From a virus: a stretch of DNA of 64,000 bases. The translations under genes and the position numbers were made by a program. The notes beneath the pieces are model-generated. The model was not told the DNA's origin and searched no databases. It saw nothing but the letters and a program-made list of their open reading frames with translations. Location of the stretch: positions 1 through 64,000 of IMG/VR virus record IMGVR_UViG_3300022747_000001. One strand, written 5' to 3'. Of the stretch, positions 8,091 to 16,363 are shown in pieces; the stretch's first letter is position 1, and the number at the start of each line of letters is the position of its first letter.

Positions 8091-8867
8091 CCCTGCAAGT
8101 TCGCCTTCTTCTTCATTGACGTCCTCGTCTTCGTAGTCTTCCAAGAAAACGATGAACGCCTCAACGATCTCGTCAGACTTGTCGCGCCGGTAATAGCAGT
8201 TGTAGCCGCCATCGCCATAGCCTGAACTCGACACGGTGCCGAACTGCAAGGTGCCGAAACTCTTGTCGTCCAGCGTCAGGTTGCAGACGGAATCGTAGAA
8301 GGCTTCAAATACCGAGTCCTTCGACTCTCGGCGTGAGCGACTGTCGTCCTTGTCCGCCAGCGACAGCGCGTACTTGGCCAAGTCAAAAAAGCCCGCCTGC
8401 CCTGAGTCGACGCCAACGTCAATGTCAGCCAACACAAAATTGGAGTCCAGCGGTGTCTTGGGGTCGAACCGCGCCGCGCTCTCAGCATGTGCGATGTGGA
8501 TAAATGCCACGCGGCCTGGGCGAGCGTTTGCCTCCGCTTCTCGCTTGTCCAAATCCGCGCGAAACATCGTGAAGTCCTGACGAATCATTTCGGCGACCTC
8601 CGCATTTGTGCCGCACTTGTCCATCAACAGCTTTTCATGCCTGTCGATCTCGGCTCTGCGTTCTTTGGCGGCTCGCTCGTAGTAGGCCATGTCGTCGGCG
8701 TCTTTGTGGTAGCCAACGTGAGTGTTCCAGATGCCGTTGCGCACGGTGTCCAGCGTGCCGGCGCACCATGTGTCCATGTCGTAGCAGGGGTCGGTGACGC
8801 GCAAGGCGCCCGATTCGACGGTAAAGGTCTGGGTGTCCGAGACGGAATCAATGTGTACGAGTTTCAT
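8088..8867 (-). CDS. DUF4241-like protein, 259 aa
   Basis: VGVDSGQAGFFD and SSGYGDGGYNCYY resemble DUF4241 signatures (from memory). Acidic tail. Confidence 0.55.
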   Translation of the reverse strand: MKLVHIDSVSDTQTFTVESGALRVTDPCYDMDTWCAGTLDTVRNGIWNTHVGYHKDADDMAYYERAAKERRAEIDRHEKLLMDKCGTNAEVAEMIRQDFTMFRADLDKREAEANARPGRVAFIHIAHAESAARFDPKTPLDSNFVLADIDVGVDSGQAGFFDLAKYALSLADKDDSRSRRESKDSVFEAFYDSVCNLTLDDKSFGTLQFGTVSSSGYGDGGYNCYYRRDKSDEIVEAFIVFLEDYEDEDVNEEEGELAG

Positions 8868-8881
8868 AGGTTCTCCTTTGT

Positions 8882-9376
8882 TTAACGGTTGGCTTCTTCA
8901 GTGATGTCGCCTGCTGCGATCCAGAGGATGCGTTGCAGGTTGTCGGTGTGGCTCTCCAGCTCACCCGCGTCCCAAGCGCCATACTCTTTGAGTTCCTGGC
9001 GCAAGGTTTCGGGGTCGATCTTGTCGAGTTGGCGGCGAATCTCGGGGACGCGACTCAATGCCTGCACGTCTCGGTCACATGGCCCAGGGTGCGACGCCTG
9101 GCGAGCCTGTGATTTGGTCAGCTTCAGCTCGATGCGTCCGCTTGATGTGGAAAAGTACATGGCGTCTTTCTGTTGTTGAACTGATGCAAGTGTCTTTTGC
9201 GATTTGTGGATGAACAAGTGATCCGGCAGGGTGAATTCAAACTTGCCCTGACCTGCGTAGAGCGCTTGGCCTTGCGCTGTTTTGTTCGGTGCTACCTTGA
9301 CACCTACCAGCTTGAGGAAAGCGCTTGTAGCGCGTTCTAGTGGCAGGCGGCACCAGCGTGCGCATTGGTTCACCAC
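8882..9376 (-). CDS. hypothetical protein, 164 aa
   Basis: ORF track; the start is uncertain. Confidence 0.5.
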   Translation of the reverse strand: MVNQCARWCRLPLERATSAFLKLVGVKVAPNKTAQGQALYAGQGKFEFTLPDHLFIHKSQKTLASVQQQKDAMYFSTSSGRIELKLTKSQARQASHPGPCDRDVQALSRVPEIRRQLDKIDPETLRQELKEYGAWDAGELESHTDNLQRILWIAAGDITEEANR

Positions 9377-9711
9377 TGGTCAGCAGCGGTTGATTGAGGC
9401 ACGTAGGCAGGTTTGACGATCGGCTTTGGCTTGGGGCCTGTGCCGACGATGGTCAAAAGCTGCGGCGACACCTTCCACTTGTTCTTGAAGGTGATCGCAT
9501 GGTCGGCAGCATCCACCTCCACGCCACTGACCGTCTTCTGGTTGATGCGTTGGATGCGAATGTAGTGGCGCTTACCGTTGGAGTCGTTGAAAAAGCCTAC
9601 CGCGTGAGTGCGTAGTGCTCCATCGCTGCGCGTGCGCAGAATCTCCGAGCACTTGTCCCTGATGGCGCCGAGCGCGTCAGTGGACAGCGCTTCGAGTTTT
9701 TGCAAGTCCAT
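9370..9711 (-). CDS. hypothetical protein, 113 aa
   Basis: ORF track. Confidence 0.55.
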   Translation of the reverse strand: MDLQKLEALSTDALGAIRDKCSEILRTRSDGALRTHAVGFFNDSNGKRHYIRIQRINQKTVSGVEVDAADHAITFKNKWKVSPQLLTIVGTGPKPKPIVKPAYVPQSTAADQW

Positions 9712-9712
9712 A

Positions 9713-10066
9713 TCAGTCTCCCAATGCCTCGTAGTGAGCGATCAAGTGATCGAGCCAAGCGTGTCGTGTCGCCTGAAGTTTGACCATCACCTCGGTGCCT
9801 GCCATGCGCTCGGAGTCACGAATACTTCGGTTCTCCTCCAAGGTGACGCACCCATGCTTGTAAAGCCAATCGCACAAGCCGAACTCACCGTCCAGCAGTG
9901 CTGCGACTGCGGCCCTGGCACGCGCACCATCGTCTATCGGGATGTCCATGTTCCACTTCGACGACAAGTGCTTGATCGTGTCGCAGATGTAGGGACTGCT
10001 GGTCTTTGGCACTTGGCCATCCCAAAGGCGGTCTTTGGTCAGCCTGAATATTTGGCTCAACTTCAT
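9713..10066 (-). CDS. hypothetical protein, 117 aa, paralog of 2326-2664
   Basis: Shares the C-terminal KLQATRHAWLDHLIAHYEALGD and the N-terminal pattern (F..K..LW.G). Confidence 0.65.
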   Translation of the reverse strand: MKLSQIFRLTKDRLWDGQVPKTSSPYICDTIKHLSSKWNMDIPIDDGARARAAVAALLDGEFGLCDWLYKHGCVTLEENRSIRDSERMAGTEVMVKLQATRHAWLDHLIAHYEALGD

Positions 10067-10153
10067 GGGTGTTCTCCTGTGTTACGAATTACTCACCGCA
10101 AAGCTCCACTTGGTGAAACCTTCCGGTGAGTAAGGGCCGAAGCCCTCACTCCG

Positions 10154-10167
10154 TCACAGGTGACTTA
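10154..10167 (-). promoter_or_regulatory. operator-like motif copy
   Basis: Plus tcacaggtgactta. Its TAA is the stop of gene 10165-10947. Confidence 0.5.
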
Positions 10168-10947
10168 TGCGCCCAGTTTGACTTTCATCGCCTGAACGAT
10201 TGCGCTGTCGGGGTTGGCCACCATCTTGCCCTTCTCGCGCTGGGTGATGAGCAAGAGGGGGAACAGCTGGAACATCTGGTTTGCCTGCGATGCAGCGGTG
10301 CCTGGGCTGTACGGTTTGGACAGCAGGTTCACTTGCAAGTTACCGTCCTTGCCCGAAGTCAGCTCACCGTCACGGAACAGCGTCTCAAAGGAGCGCAGCA
10401 GCACCTCGTTGAGCGCCGACTTGTCCTTACCGCTTGCGAGCCAAGTCATCAGCATGATGGCTTTTTCGCGCACCTTATCGGCGATCTCGTCCTTGCTGTT
10501 CATCGCCTCAATGAAGCGGTCAGCGCGAGTGGCACGGGTTGCATCATCGTCCGTTGCGATGAATTGCAGCCAGTCTTTGCCACCGAGCAGTGCGACCAAA
10601 CGATCGCCTGGCTTGTGCGTGATGGACGTGATGCGCGGAGCCTTCGGTTCTTTGGGTTCCTTCGGTTCTTTGGCAGCTTTGACCTTTTTGACCTTGGCGG
10701 GCTTCTCGCTCACCGCATCGGTGGAAGGCTTGTCCGCTTCAGCGACTTCAGCCTCTTCGTGGTGGTCATCGGCGTAGACCGCTTGGTTCGCTTCGGCTTT
10801 TTCGAGGTCGGCGACTGCCGCTTCGACCGCTTCGGGTTCGTGGTCATGGGACTCAATCACTTCGTCGTCGCCAAGCTCACCGAGCATGGAAGCGAGAATG
10901 GCGTCGTCAGTGGTGGCAGCGGCGTGAGTGGTAGGTTGTGTGTTCAT
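10165..10947 (-). CDS. hypothetical protein, 260 aa, acidic N-terminus and KEPKEPKEPK linker
   Basis: ORF track. RBS AAGGAG. Confidence 0.65.
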   Translation of the reverse strand: MNTQPTTHAAATTDDAILASMLGELGDDEVIESHDHEPEAVEAAVADLEKAEANQAVYADDHHEEAEVAEADKPSTDAVSEKPAKVKKVKAAKEPKEPKEPKAPRITSITHKPGDRLVALLGGKDWLQFIATDDDATRATRADRFIEAMNSKDEIADKVREKAIMLMTWLASGKDKSALNEVLLRSFETLFRDGELTSGKDGNLQVNLLSKPYSPGTAASQANQMFQLFPLLLITQREKGKMVANPDSAIVQAMKVKLGA

Positions 10948-11095
10948 GGAAAAACTCCTTGAGAAAATTAAGATGATGGAACGGCGTCGAAAAATTCGAC
11001 AAATGAAATGTAGTGCTCGGTTTCAGGACTTACAAGCGTTTTGCTTGGGTATGTGAATCTGTCCGGTTGCTCTGCATTTCTTTCGTTGCGTCTTT

Positions 11096-11113
11096 CGATA
11101 ATTGAATTGTGAC
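11096..11113 (-). promoter_or_regulatory. class-2 upstream box
   Basis: Plus cgataattgaattgtgac, about 150 nt upstream of the start at 10947. Confidence 0.4.
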
Positions 11114-11360
11114 CCTCGCGGCTTGGATGAACAATGCTTTTCACAGGGCGAATCACAGGGCAGATGCGCCATCAGGCACCGCTTGGAACTGATTAAGAAT
11201 GTGCGTGCGCGGGCGCGTGAATAACACCGCAAAACAGGGCTTTCAACCGGCCTCCCAGGGAAGATGACAATCTCCAATGGATCAAATTTGCACCATTAGC
11301 AGGGCTTATGGCTCATAAGAGGCGCATTAGGGACTGTTAGCCAAGGCTTGCATTGGCCCG

Positions 11361-11383
11361 CAGAAAAGGCGCCTAAGCGCCTT
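11361..11383 (-). terminator. Rho-independent terminator after gene 11415-11855
   Basis: Stem aaggcgc (11366-11372) / gcgcctt (11377-11383). The minus strand continues TTTTCTG. Confidence 0.6.
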
Positions 11384-11414
11384 GTTCTTGCTCTGACAGG
11401 GTGGTTGCCGTACC

Positions 11415-11855
11415 TCACCAGGCGGAGAAATCCTGGGGCAGACTGGGCAGTGTGGACGTTGGTGCATCGGGGTCGGGTGGCGGCGGTGGGGTCAGTGCGT
11501 TATCCACCTCGATGAAGGCGCCCTCCTCGTCTCGCTCACACAAACCCCAGTCGATCAGGAACTGCTCATAGCCTTCGATCGCCGTGACCTCGGTGGGGAA
11601 TGTCTGACCATCGTAGTTGGGGTCTTTGACCAGTCCACCGGCAGCGTTGTAGTTCTCGACCTTCAGGCAGAACATGGGCCAGTATTCCTTGAGCGACGCT
11701 GCCAGTGCATTGCTGATGGCGCCATGCCAATACAGCGTTGCTCGGAGACGCCCGTTGTCGAATTCCTTGATGACCTTGTAGTCGGGCGTTTCCTGAAGGC
11801 GCATCCACTCGACACGCTGAAGGCGCAACCCTTCCTTGCTCACATAAATTGTCAT
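11415..11855 (-). CDS. hypothetical protein, 146 aa, Pro-rich tail
   Basis: ORF track. ATGA-type coupling with the upstream gene. Confidence 0.6.
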   Translation of the reverse strand: MTIYVSKEGLRLQRVEWMRLQETPDYKVIKEFDNGRLRATLYWHGAISNALAASLKEYWPMFCLKVENYNAAGGLVKDPNYDGQTFPTEVTAIEGYEQFLIDWGLCERDEEGAFIEVDNALTPPPPPDPDAPTSTLPSLPQDFSAW

Positions 11856-12427
11856 TTCGTTCCTTTCATGAACATCCAGTCTTCGACCTTGAAGGTGGGC
11901 ACCACCACACCGTTGACCAGAGGCTCAAGAATCGTCGTTGTGTCGGACACATCCGGCCCCTCGATAACCAGCACACGCGCGTCAGGCGAGAAGTCGATGG
12001 AGTGAATCTCGTTGTCGCGCATGAAGTACCACTGGCCTACCGAGTATTTCGTCGTGTGCTTGCGCCACTTGCTTCGATAGCCGAACGCTGTTTCGTATTT
12101 GCCTGGCTCACTCTTGTACTTCAAGGCTCTGGCCGCGTATTCGTCAAGGTCGAGGCCTACGGCGGTTGGGCTGGTAGCTTCCGTATACAAGCTGTTGTGG
12201 ACTTCGCCTCGCAGCACACAGCAGGCAAGACTGAACCGATGACTGTGTGGCGTGATGTGCCCTTGCTGGTTGCGGGTGTTCTCAAACATCCGAACCGAGG
12301 CAATCGAGTGCATTTCGCCTGAGAGCATGATGCTGCTCAAGCCTGGCAGAATGTAGTTGTCGATGCGGCTGGTGCCGATCTCGCCCAGAAAGTCCTGTAA
12401 ATCGGTGTTGCTCAGTGTGATAGTCAT
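11852..12427 (-). CDS. hypothetical protein, 191 aa (possible cupin-like fold)
   Basis: ORF track. The HITPHSHRF segment is reminiscent of a cupin metal site, but the full motif is not seen. Confidence 0.55.
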   Translation of the reverse strand: MTITLSNTDLQDFLGEIGTSRIDNYILPGLSSIMLSGEMHSIASVRMFENTRNQQGHITPHSHRFSLACCVLRGEVHNSLYTEATSPTAVGLDLDEYAARALKYKSEPGKYETAFGYRSKWRKHTTKYSVGQWYFMRDNEIHSIDFSPDARVLVIEGPDVSDTTTILEPLVNGVVVPTFKVEDWMFMKGTK

Positions 12428-12555
12428 TCCTGAATCCTTTCTTCATCACGTCTTGGTGCCTTGCGCTTGTGTGCGCCTGCGTTACGCTTGGGGTTGGCGA
12501 TGAACTCGCGAACCACAGGGTTGCGCTTCTTAGGGGGTGCCTTCTTGCGCTTCAC
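12424..12555 (-). CDS. micro-ORF, 43 aa, very basic, GTG start (not in ORF track)
   Basis: Hand translation: VKRKKAPPKKRNPVVREFIANPKRNAGAHKRKAPRRDEERIQE. GTGA overlap upstream and ATGA overlap downstream. Confidence 0.25.
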   Translation of the reverse strand: MKRKKAPPKKRNPVVREFIANPKRNAGAHKRKAPRRDEERIQE

Positions 12556-12713
12556 AGCGATACCTCCGAGATCACTTCGCCATCCAGCACAAGCTGAACG
12601 AAGTGGCGATTGACATAAAGCGGGCCGTCCATGCCGCCCGTGTACTCGCTGGTGGTGTTCACATCGAGCCGCAAGTTTTCGCGCAGAAAGGCGATCAGTT
12701 CTTCTTTGCTCAT
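12552..12713 (-). CDS. micro-ORF, 53 aa (not in ORF track)
   Basis: Hand translation: MSKEELIAFLRENLRLDVNTTSEYTGGMDGPLYVNRHFVQLVLDGEVISEVSL. ATGA overlap with 12710-13048. RBS CAGGAGAG. Confidence 0.4.
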   Translation of the reverse strand: MSKEELIAFLRENLRLDVNTTSEYTGGMDGPLYVNRHFVQLVLDGEVISEVSL

Positions 12714-13048
12714 ATCAGCTCTCCTGGTACATCTACCTCGTCGCCTAGCTTTGATGCAACATAGCAGCGCATGGCTGCAATGAGTGGCGATTCACCCTGT
12801 GCGGATTTAGCTTGCTTGCGAAACACGATTGCCGACACTAGGCCACCGTCATGGTGCATGATTGCTATTTTTTCACGCTCAATGATCGGGCCACCTTGTG
12901 CCCAGTCGGTTGAGAACTCCATACACTCAAGCTCATGGTGGTGGAGGAAGGCTTCTAGCTTGAGAGTGGCTCCAACAGCCTCCGCTTCACACTTAGCCAC
13001 AGCCCAGTCGAGCGCAATTCCTTTGAGTTTGGGTACAGGCACCCTCAT
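12710..13048 (-). CDS. DUF2591 (NinX-like) phage protein, 112 aa
   Basis: Start set at MRVPVPK (ATGA overlap). LDWAVAKCE near the N-terminus and AAMRCYVASKLGDEVDVP at the C-terminus, as I remember for DUF2591. Confidence 0.55.
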   Translation of the reverse strand: MRVPVPKLKGIALDWAVAKCEAEAVGATLKLEAFLHHHELECMEFSTDWAQGGPIIEREKIAIMHHDGGLVSAIVFRKQAKSAQGESPLIAAMRCYVASKLGDEVDVPGELI

Positions 13049-13284
13049 GGACTCACCACGTCGAAACAGTTGTGGTCGATGAGGTAGGCGTTGATCTCCT
13101 CGTTGTCCACCGAGACTGGGAACGTCAGTTCGGGATAGGTCAAGGACTGCGCCTCCCTGAACGTGATCTTCATCTTCAGGGTCTTCATGTGGCCAAGCCC
13201 GTGAACGTGTCCGAAGATTTGCTGAAGACCGCAATCGTTCAGGACTACGGTGTCACCGACTTTGGGGACTGGGTGTGATTTCAT
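13045..13284 (-). CDS. hypothetical protein, 79 aa
   Basis: ORF track. ATGA overlaps on both sides. Confidence 0.5.
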   Translation of the reverse strand: MKSHPVPKVGDTVVLNDCGLQQIFGHVHGLGHMKTLKMKITFREAQSLTYPELTFPVSVDNEEINAYLIDHNCFDVVSP

Positions 13285-13643
13285 GCCAACTCCTCTGGCA
13301 CACTCACTGTCGGGCCAAGACGACTGGCGACGAAGGTGCGAAGCGCTGCCCAGCGAGGGTTTGTGGCTTTGACGGAGTAGCAGAAGCGGTCATTCCCAAA
13401 GACTTCCGCCTGCCATTCGTTGTCGCGCTTGATGAGCGTGCAAACGTAGGACTCCACGATCTTTCCAGCCTGAAGCCAGTTGGTTTCTGGAAAGTAGTGA
13501 CGCCACTGACCGTCACCACCGTGAACCCAAACGCCTTTTCGTTTCACGGTGGGATTGACATTCACGTTCGCCTTTCCGTAGAGCAGCAAAGCCACGACGT
13601 AGTTGAGAGCGTCGCCTCTCAGCTCACTTGTTTGGATGTTCAT
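13281..13643 (-). CDS. DUF2591 (NinX-like) phage protein, 120 aa, paralog of 12710-13048
   Basis: Start set at MNIQTSEL (RBS GAGGAGAAG). LNYVVALLL and AALRTFVASRLGPTVSVP parallel the neighbouring copy. Confidence 0.55.
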   Translation of the reverse strand: MNIQTSELRGDALNYVVALLLYGKANVNVNPTVKRKGVWVHGGDGQWRHYFPETNWLQAGKIVESYVCTLIKRDNEWQAEVFGNDRFCYSVKATNPRWAALRTFVASRLGPTVSVPEELA

Positions 13644-13754
13644 ACTTCTCCTCGTTGGCCGAACTCGGCACATTACAAACGTGAACCCATTGAACGCCTG
13701 GCCAAAAACCAAGCAGATCAGGCGTAAAGAGCGGCTTACCGCAGTGAAGGCAGT

Positions 13755-13946
13755 TCATTCGTTGACCTTCAGAACTGCCTTACCCACCACGTTGCCGTTG
13801 CCATCGCGCAGCGTGATGTTGCTTGGGTCGAGTGACGCACTGAGCAGCTTGGGCATCACTTGAAGCTCCAAAATGGTCGCTACTTCGGTGCGCCAGCAGT
13901 CTGCGAAGGCGGCGTTGTCACAGTTGATTTCCAGAGTGAATTTCAT
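13755..13946 (-). CDS. hypothetical protein, 63 aa
   Basis: ORF track. Confidence 0.45.
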   Translation of the reverse strand: MKFTLEINCDNAAFADCWRTEVATILELQVMPKLLSASLDPSNITLRDGNGNVVGKAVLKVNE

Positions 13947-13964
13947 ATCAGTCCTTGCAATAAG

Positions 13965-13984
13965 TTGCTAATGACTGAAGTGTA
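13965..13984 (-). promoter_or_regulatory. -10 TACACT followed by operator variant
   Basis: Minus strand reads CTACACTTCAGTCATTAGCAA, 19 nt upstream of the start at 13946. Confidence 0.4.
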
Positions 13985-14001
13985 GACACCAAAAGCAGGA
14001 C

Positions 14002-14412
14002 TTAGTAGTGGTTTTCTTCTTTGCCCTGCATGAAGCCCTGCGCGTTCGGGGCCAGCACCGTCTTGATCGGCACCGCCTTGTAGCCTGTGCCTTCGAGCAG
14101 GTTGGCCAGGGCCAGTTCCTTCTCAGCCAGGGACGGTTCGCGTGGCGTGACGCTGACCGTGCGAATGCCGTTGGCGCGACCCAAAAGACCTGCGACGATG
14201 GACATGACGATAAACACCAAGCCGCCACACAACGATTTCAGGAATGGCCAGCAACTGTTGAACCACAGAATCTGAGGCAGATGCAGGATTGGCGAGAAGC
14301 AGCCGGCGACCAGGGACTCGATGTAGTTCGGGTTGTGGCCTGGGCGGAACTCCATCGGGGTTGGAACCCAGGTGCGTTCTTCTTTGATGTCATAGGTGTG
14401 GAACTGAATCAT
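14002..14412 (-). CDS. membrane protein, 136 aa
   Basis: Start set at MIQFHTY (ATGA overlap). Two TM helices. Confidence 0.55.
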   Translation of the reverse strand: MIQFHTYDIKEERTWVPTPMEFRPGHNPNYIESLVAGCFSPILHLPQILWFNSCWPFLKSLCGGLVFIVMSIVAGLLGRANGIRTVSVTPREPSLAEKELALANLLEGTGYKAVPIKTVLAPNAQGFMQGKEENHY

Positions 14413-14696
14413 GGTTGTCCTTCGTAAAGTTGCTTGATGGTGAATGTGTGGCTTTCGGCCTGGGTGACTTGAATGGCGACGATCTCCCACTGCTTCATCT
14501 CCTCGATGACGTGATCGGGGAATTGCTCGGTGCGCCAATCTTTGTAAAGGTTCAGGTGGAGCTTGAGCGGGCCGATGCCCATCCAGACCTTGCCTTTCTT
14601 GCTCCAGGCGCCCTTGCCGTCGTTGTGACCCGAACCACCGAGCTTCCAGAGTCCGGTCGCCTTGTGGCGGATCATGTAGATCATCTTGACCGTCAT
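14409..14696 (-). CDS. hypothetical protein, 95 aa
   Basis: ORF track. N-terminal MIRHKATGLW resembles VIRHKTDGTFW of 37524-37727. Confidence 0.5.
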   Translation of the reverse strand: MTVKMIYMIRHKATGLWKLGGSGHNDGKGAWSKKGKVWMGIGPLKLHLNLYKDWRTEQFPDHVIEEMKQWEIVAIQVTQAESHTFTIKQLYEGQP

Positions 14697-15019
14697 GGCG
14701 CCACCATCTTGCAGCCGTAGTTCTGGCCCTTCTTGACGAACGTAAAGCGTCCTGTGACGTGCCCGTGGTTCATCTTGTTGATGATGTCGGCGAAGTCCGA
14801 GACGAACATCGTGACCGTCTTGCCTGTGTTAGCCCGCTTCATTGTGAACGTGACCGACGAGCGCCCTCTGCCGTAGTTCTGAAAGGTCAGCGTGTCGGAG
14901 AATTCGTAGTTCTCTTCCATCTTGCAGGGCGTCATGACGCCACGCAGGTAGCTGTGCTCGGGGTAGTCCAGCTGGTTGCCTTGCTGGTCGAACGGGATTT
15001 TGTAGGTGCCTTTGGCCAT
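14693..15019 (-). CDS. hypothetical protein, 108 aa
   Basis: Start set at MAKGTYK (RBS AAAGGAG). Confidence 0.5.
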   Translation of the reverse strand: MAKGTYKIPFDQQGNQLDYPEHSYLRGVMTPCKMEENYEFSDTLTFQNYGRGRSSVTFTMKRANTGKTVTMFVSDFADIINKMNHGHVTGRFTFVKKGQNYGCKMVAP

Positions 15020-15020
15020 A

Positions 15021-15575
15021 TCACTCCTTTGTTGTGTGGTGATCGACAGAGGTGTGCCCTCTGCCTTGCATGTACGCCCTGACCTCATCGAGTGAGTAGG
15101 GAGCGAGATTGTTGGTATCGACGCCGACATCCATGAGCCGCATGCCCTCATACGGGTGCTTGAGCGTGCCGTGCGAGTGACCGTGCAGCATCCAAGCGCC
15201 GTAATGCGCCTTGTTCCACGTCAGCATCGGGTAGTGGCACATCACGATGTGTTGGCCGTCGAGGTTCAGCTCCAACAAAGGCTGAATCGAACTCATGCGA
15301 GCCTTGATCTCTGCTTTGCCCTTGAGCGCCTTATCGTGGTTGCCCAGCACCCAGTTGATGTTGCCGTTGAGCTGCGCGAGGATGTCGGCTGTGTAAGACA
15401 CGCCTTTGAACGACAGGTCGCCAAGGTGAAAGACCGTATCGTCCGGTTTCACCGTCTTGTTCCAGCGCCGTACCAGCTCACCATCCATCGCAAAGGAATC
15501 GGAGAACCTGCGGCTGGAGTGCTTAATGATGCCTTCGTGACCGAAGTGGGTGTCTGATGTGAAAAACAGAGCCAT
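15021..15575 (-). CDS. calcineurin-type metallophosphoesterase, 184 aa
   Basis: Motifs SDTHFGH, LGDLSF, GNHD and LHGHSH, in canonical order. Confidence 0.8.
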   Translation of the reverse strand: MALFFTSDTHFGHEGIIKHSSRRFSDSFAMDGELVRRWNKTVKPDDTVFHLGDLSFKGVSYTADILAQLNGNINWVLGNHDKALKGKAEIKARMSSIQPLLELNLDGQHIVMCHYPMLTWNKAHYGAWMLHGHSHGTLKHPYEGMRLMDVGVDTNNLAPYSLDEVRAYMQGRGHTSVDHHTTKE

Positions 15576-15582
15576 AGTCGCC

Positions 15583-15957
15583 TCAGAATGTTGCCCAAGC
15601 GCCGGCGTACTTCTGCACAGCAGCCTGCGGCACGGTGATCGGGTAGCTCTCCACCACAATGGTGTTGCCGTTGTCGTCCGTGTCCACCTTGGCGATCTTC
15701 TCAACGCGTACGGGGACAAAGCCCCAGTCCTCGCCAGTGGGCGTGCTGACCGCCTCGTACAGTTCGTCCAGGGCGTAGCGGAACCCGAGGTAGTCGAACT
15801 CCGAATAGCGACCGTCAGAGGCTTTGTCGCTCTTGATACGAGTCACCCACTTCACATGATCGGCTTCGATGGCGCTCATGAGGATGTGAAGCAGTGCATC
15901 GTTGAAGCCAACGCAGGTGACAGCCTCTAAATCTTCCGGCCAATTCACAGCAGCCAC
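15583..15957 (-). CDS. hypothetical protein, 124 aa
   Basis: ORF track. Confidence 0.55.
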   Translation of the reverse strand: MAAVNWPEDLEAVTCVGFNDALLHILMSAIEADHVKWVTRIKSDKASDGRYSEFDYLGFRYALDELYEAVSTPTGEDWGFVPVRVEKIAKVDTDDNGNTIVVESYPITVPQAAVQKYAGAWATF

Positions 15958-16160
15958 TCCACCTGATAGCGGGTATTCCTCGTCTCCACATAGTTGCCTT
16001 CGATCTTGACGATCGCCGAGGTGTGGATGACGCGGTTCACGAGGTCAGGACGACCCGCGTGCTCGGTGCAAAAGCCAACCAGCACTTCTGTGGCGCCCCA
16101 TTGCTCGATGTGTGCGCTCTTGATCTTGGCGCGAGGTTTGTTTACGAAGTCCTCAGTCAT
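15945..16160 (-). CDS. hypothetical protein, 71 aa
   Basis: Trimmed to MTEDFVNK, which has an ATGA overlap with the membrane ORF. Confidence 0.4.
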   Translation of the reverse strand: MTEDFVNKPRAKIKSAHIEQWGATEVLVGFCTEHAGRPDLVNRVIHTSAIVKIEGNYVETRNTRYQVEWLL

Positions 16161-16363
16161 GACGCCACCGTGATGACAAAGGGTGAAAAGTGGCAGGCGG
16201 CCCAGATGCAAACCATCCCGAACGCCATCAGTGTCGGGCCGATGAACGAGCCTCGAACGAAGCCCGCCCCTTCTGCCACGTAGATGACCAAGCCGAGAAT
16301 GACGAAGTAGACGCCGAACAGCAGCGCAACCCCGAAGCCTAGAATTTCGAAGAAGATGTTCAT
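16157..16363 (-). CDS. small membrane protein, 68 aa
   Basis: Two TM helices. ATGA overlaps on both sides. Confidence 0.5.
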   Translation of the reverse strand: MNIFFEILGFGVALLFGVYFVILGLVIYVAEGAGFVRGSFIGPTLMAFGMVCIWAACHFSPFVITVAS

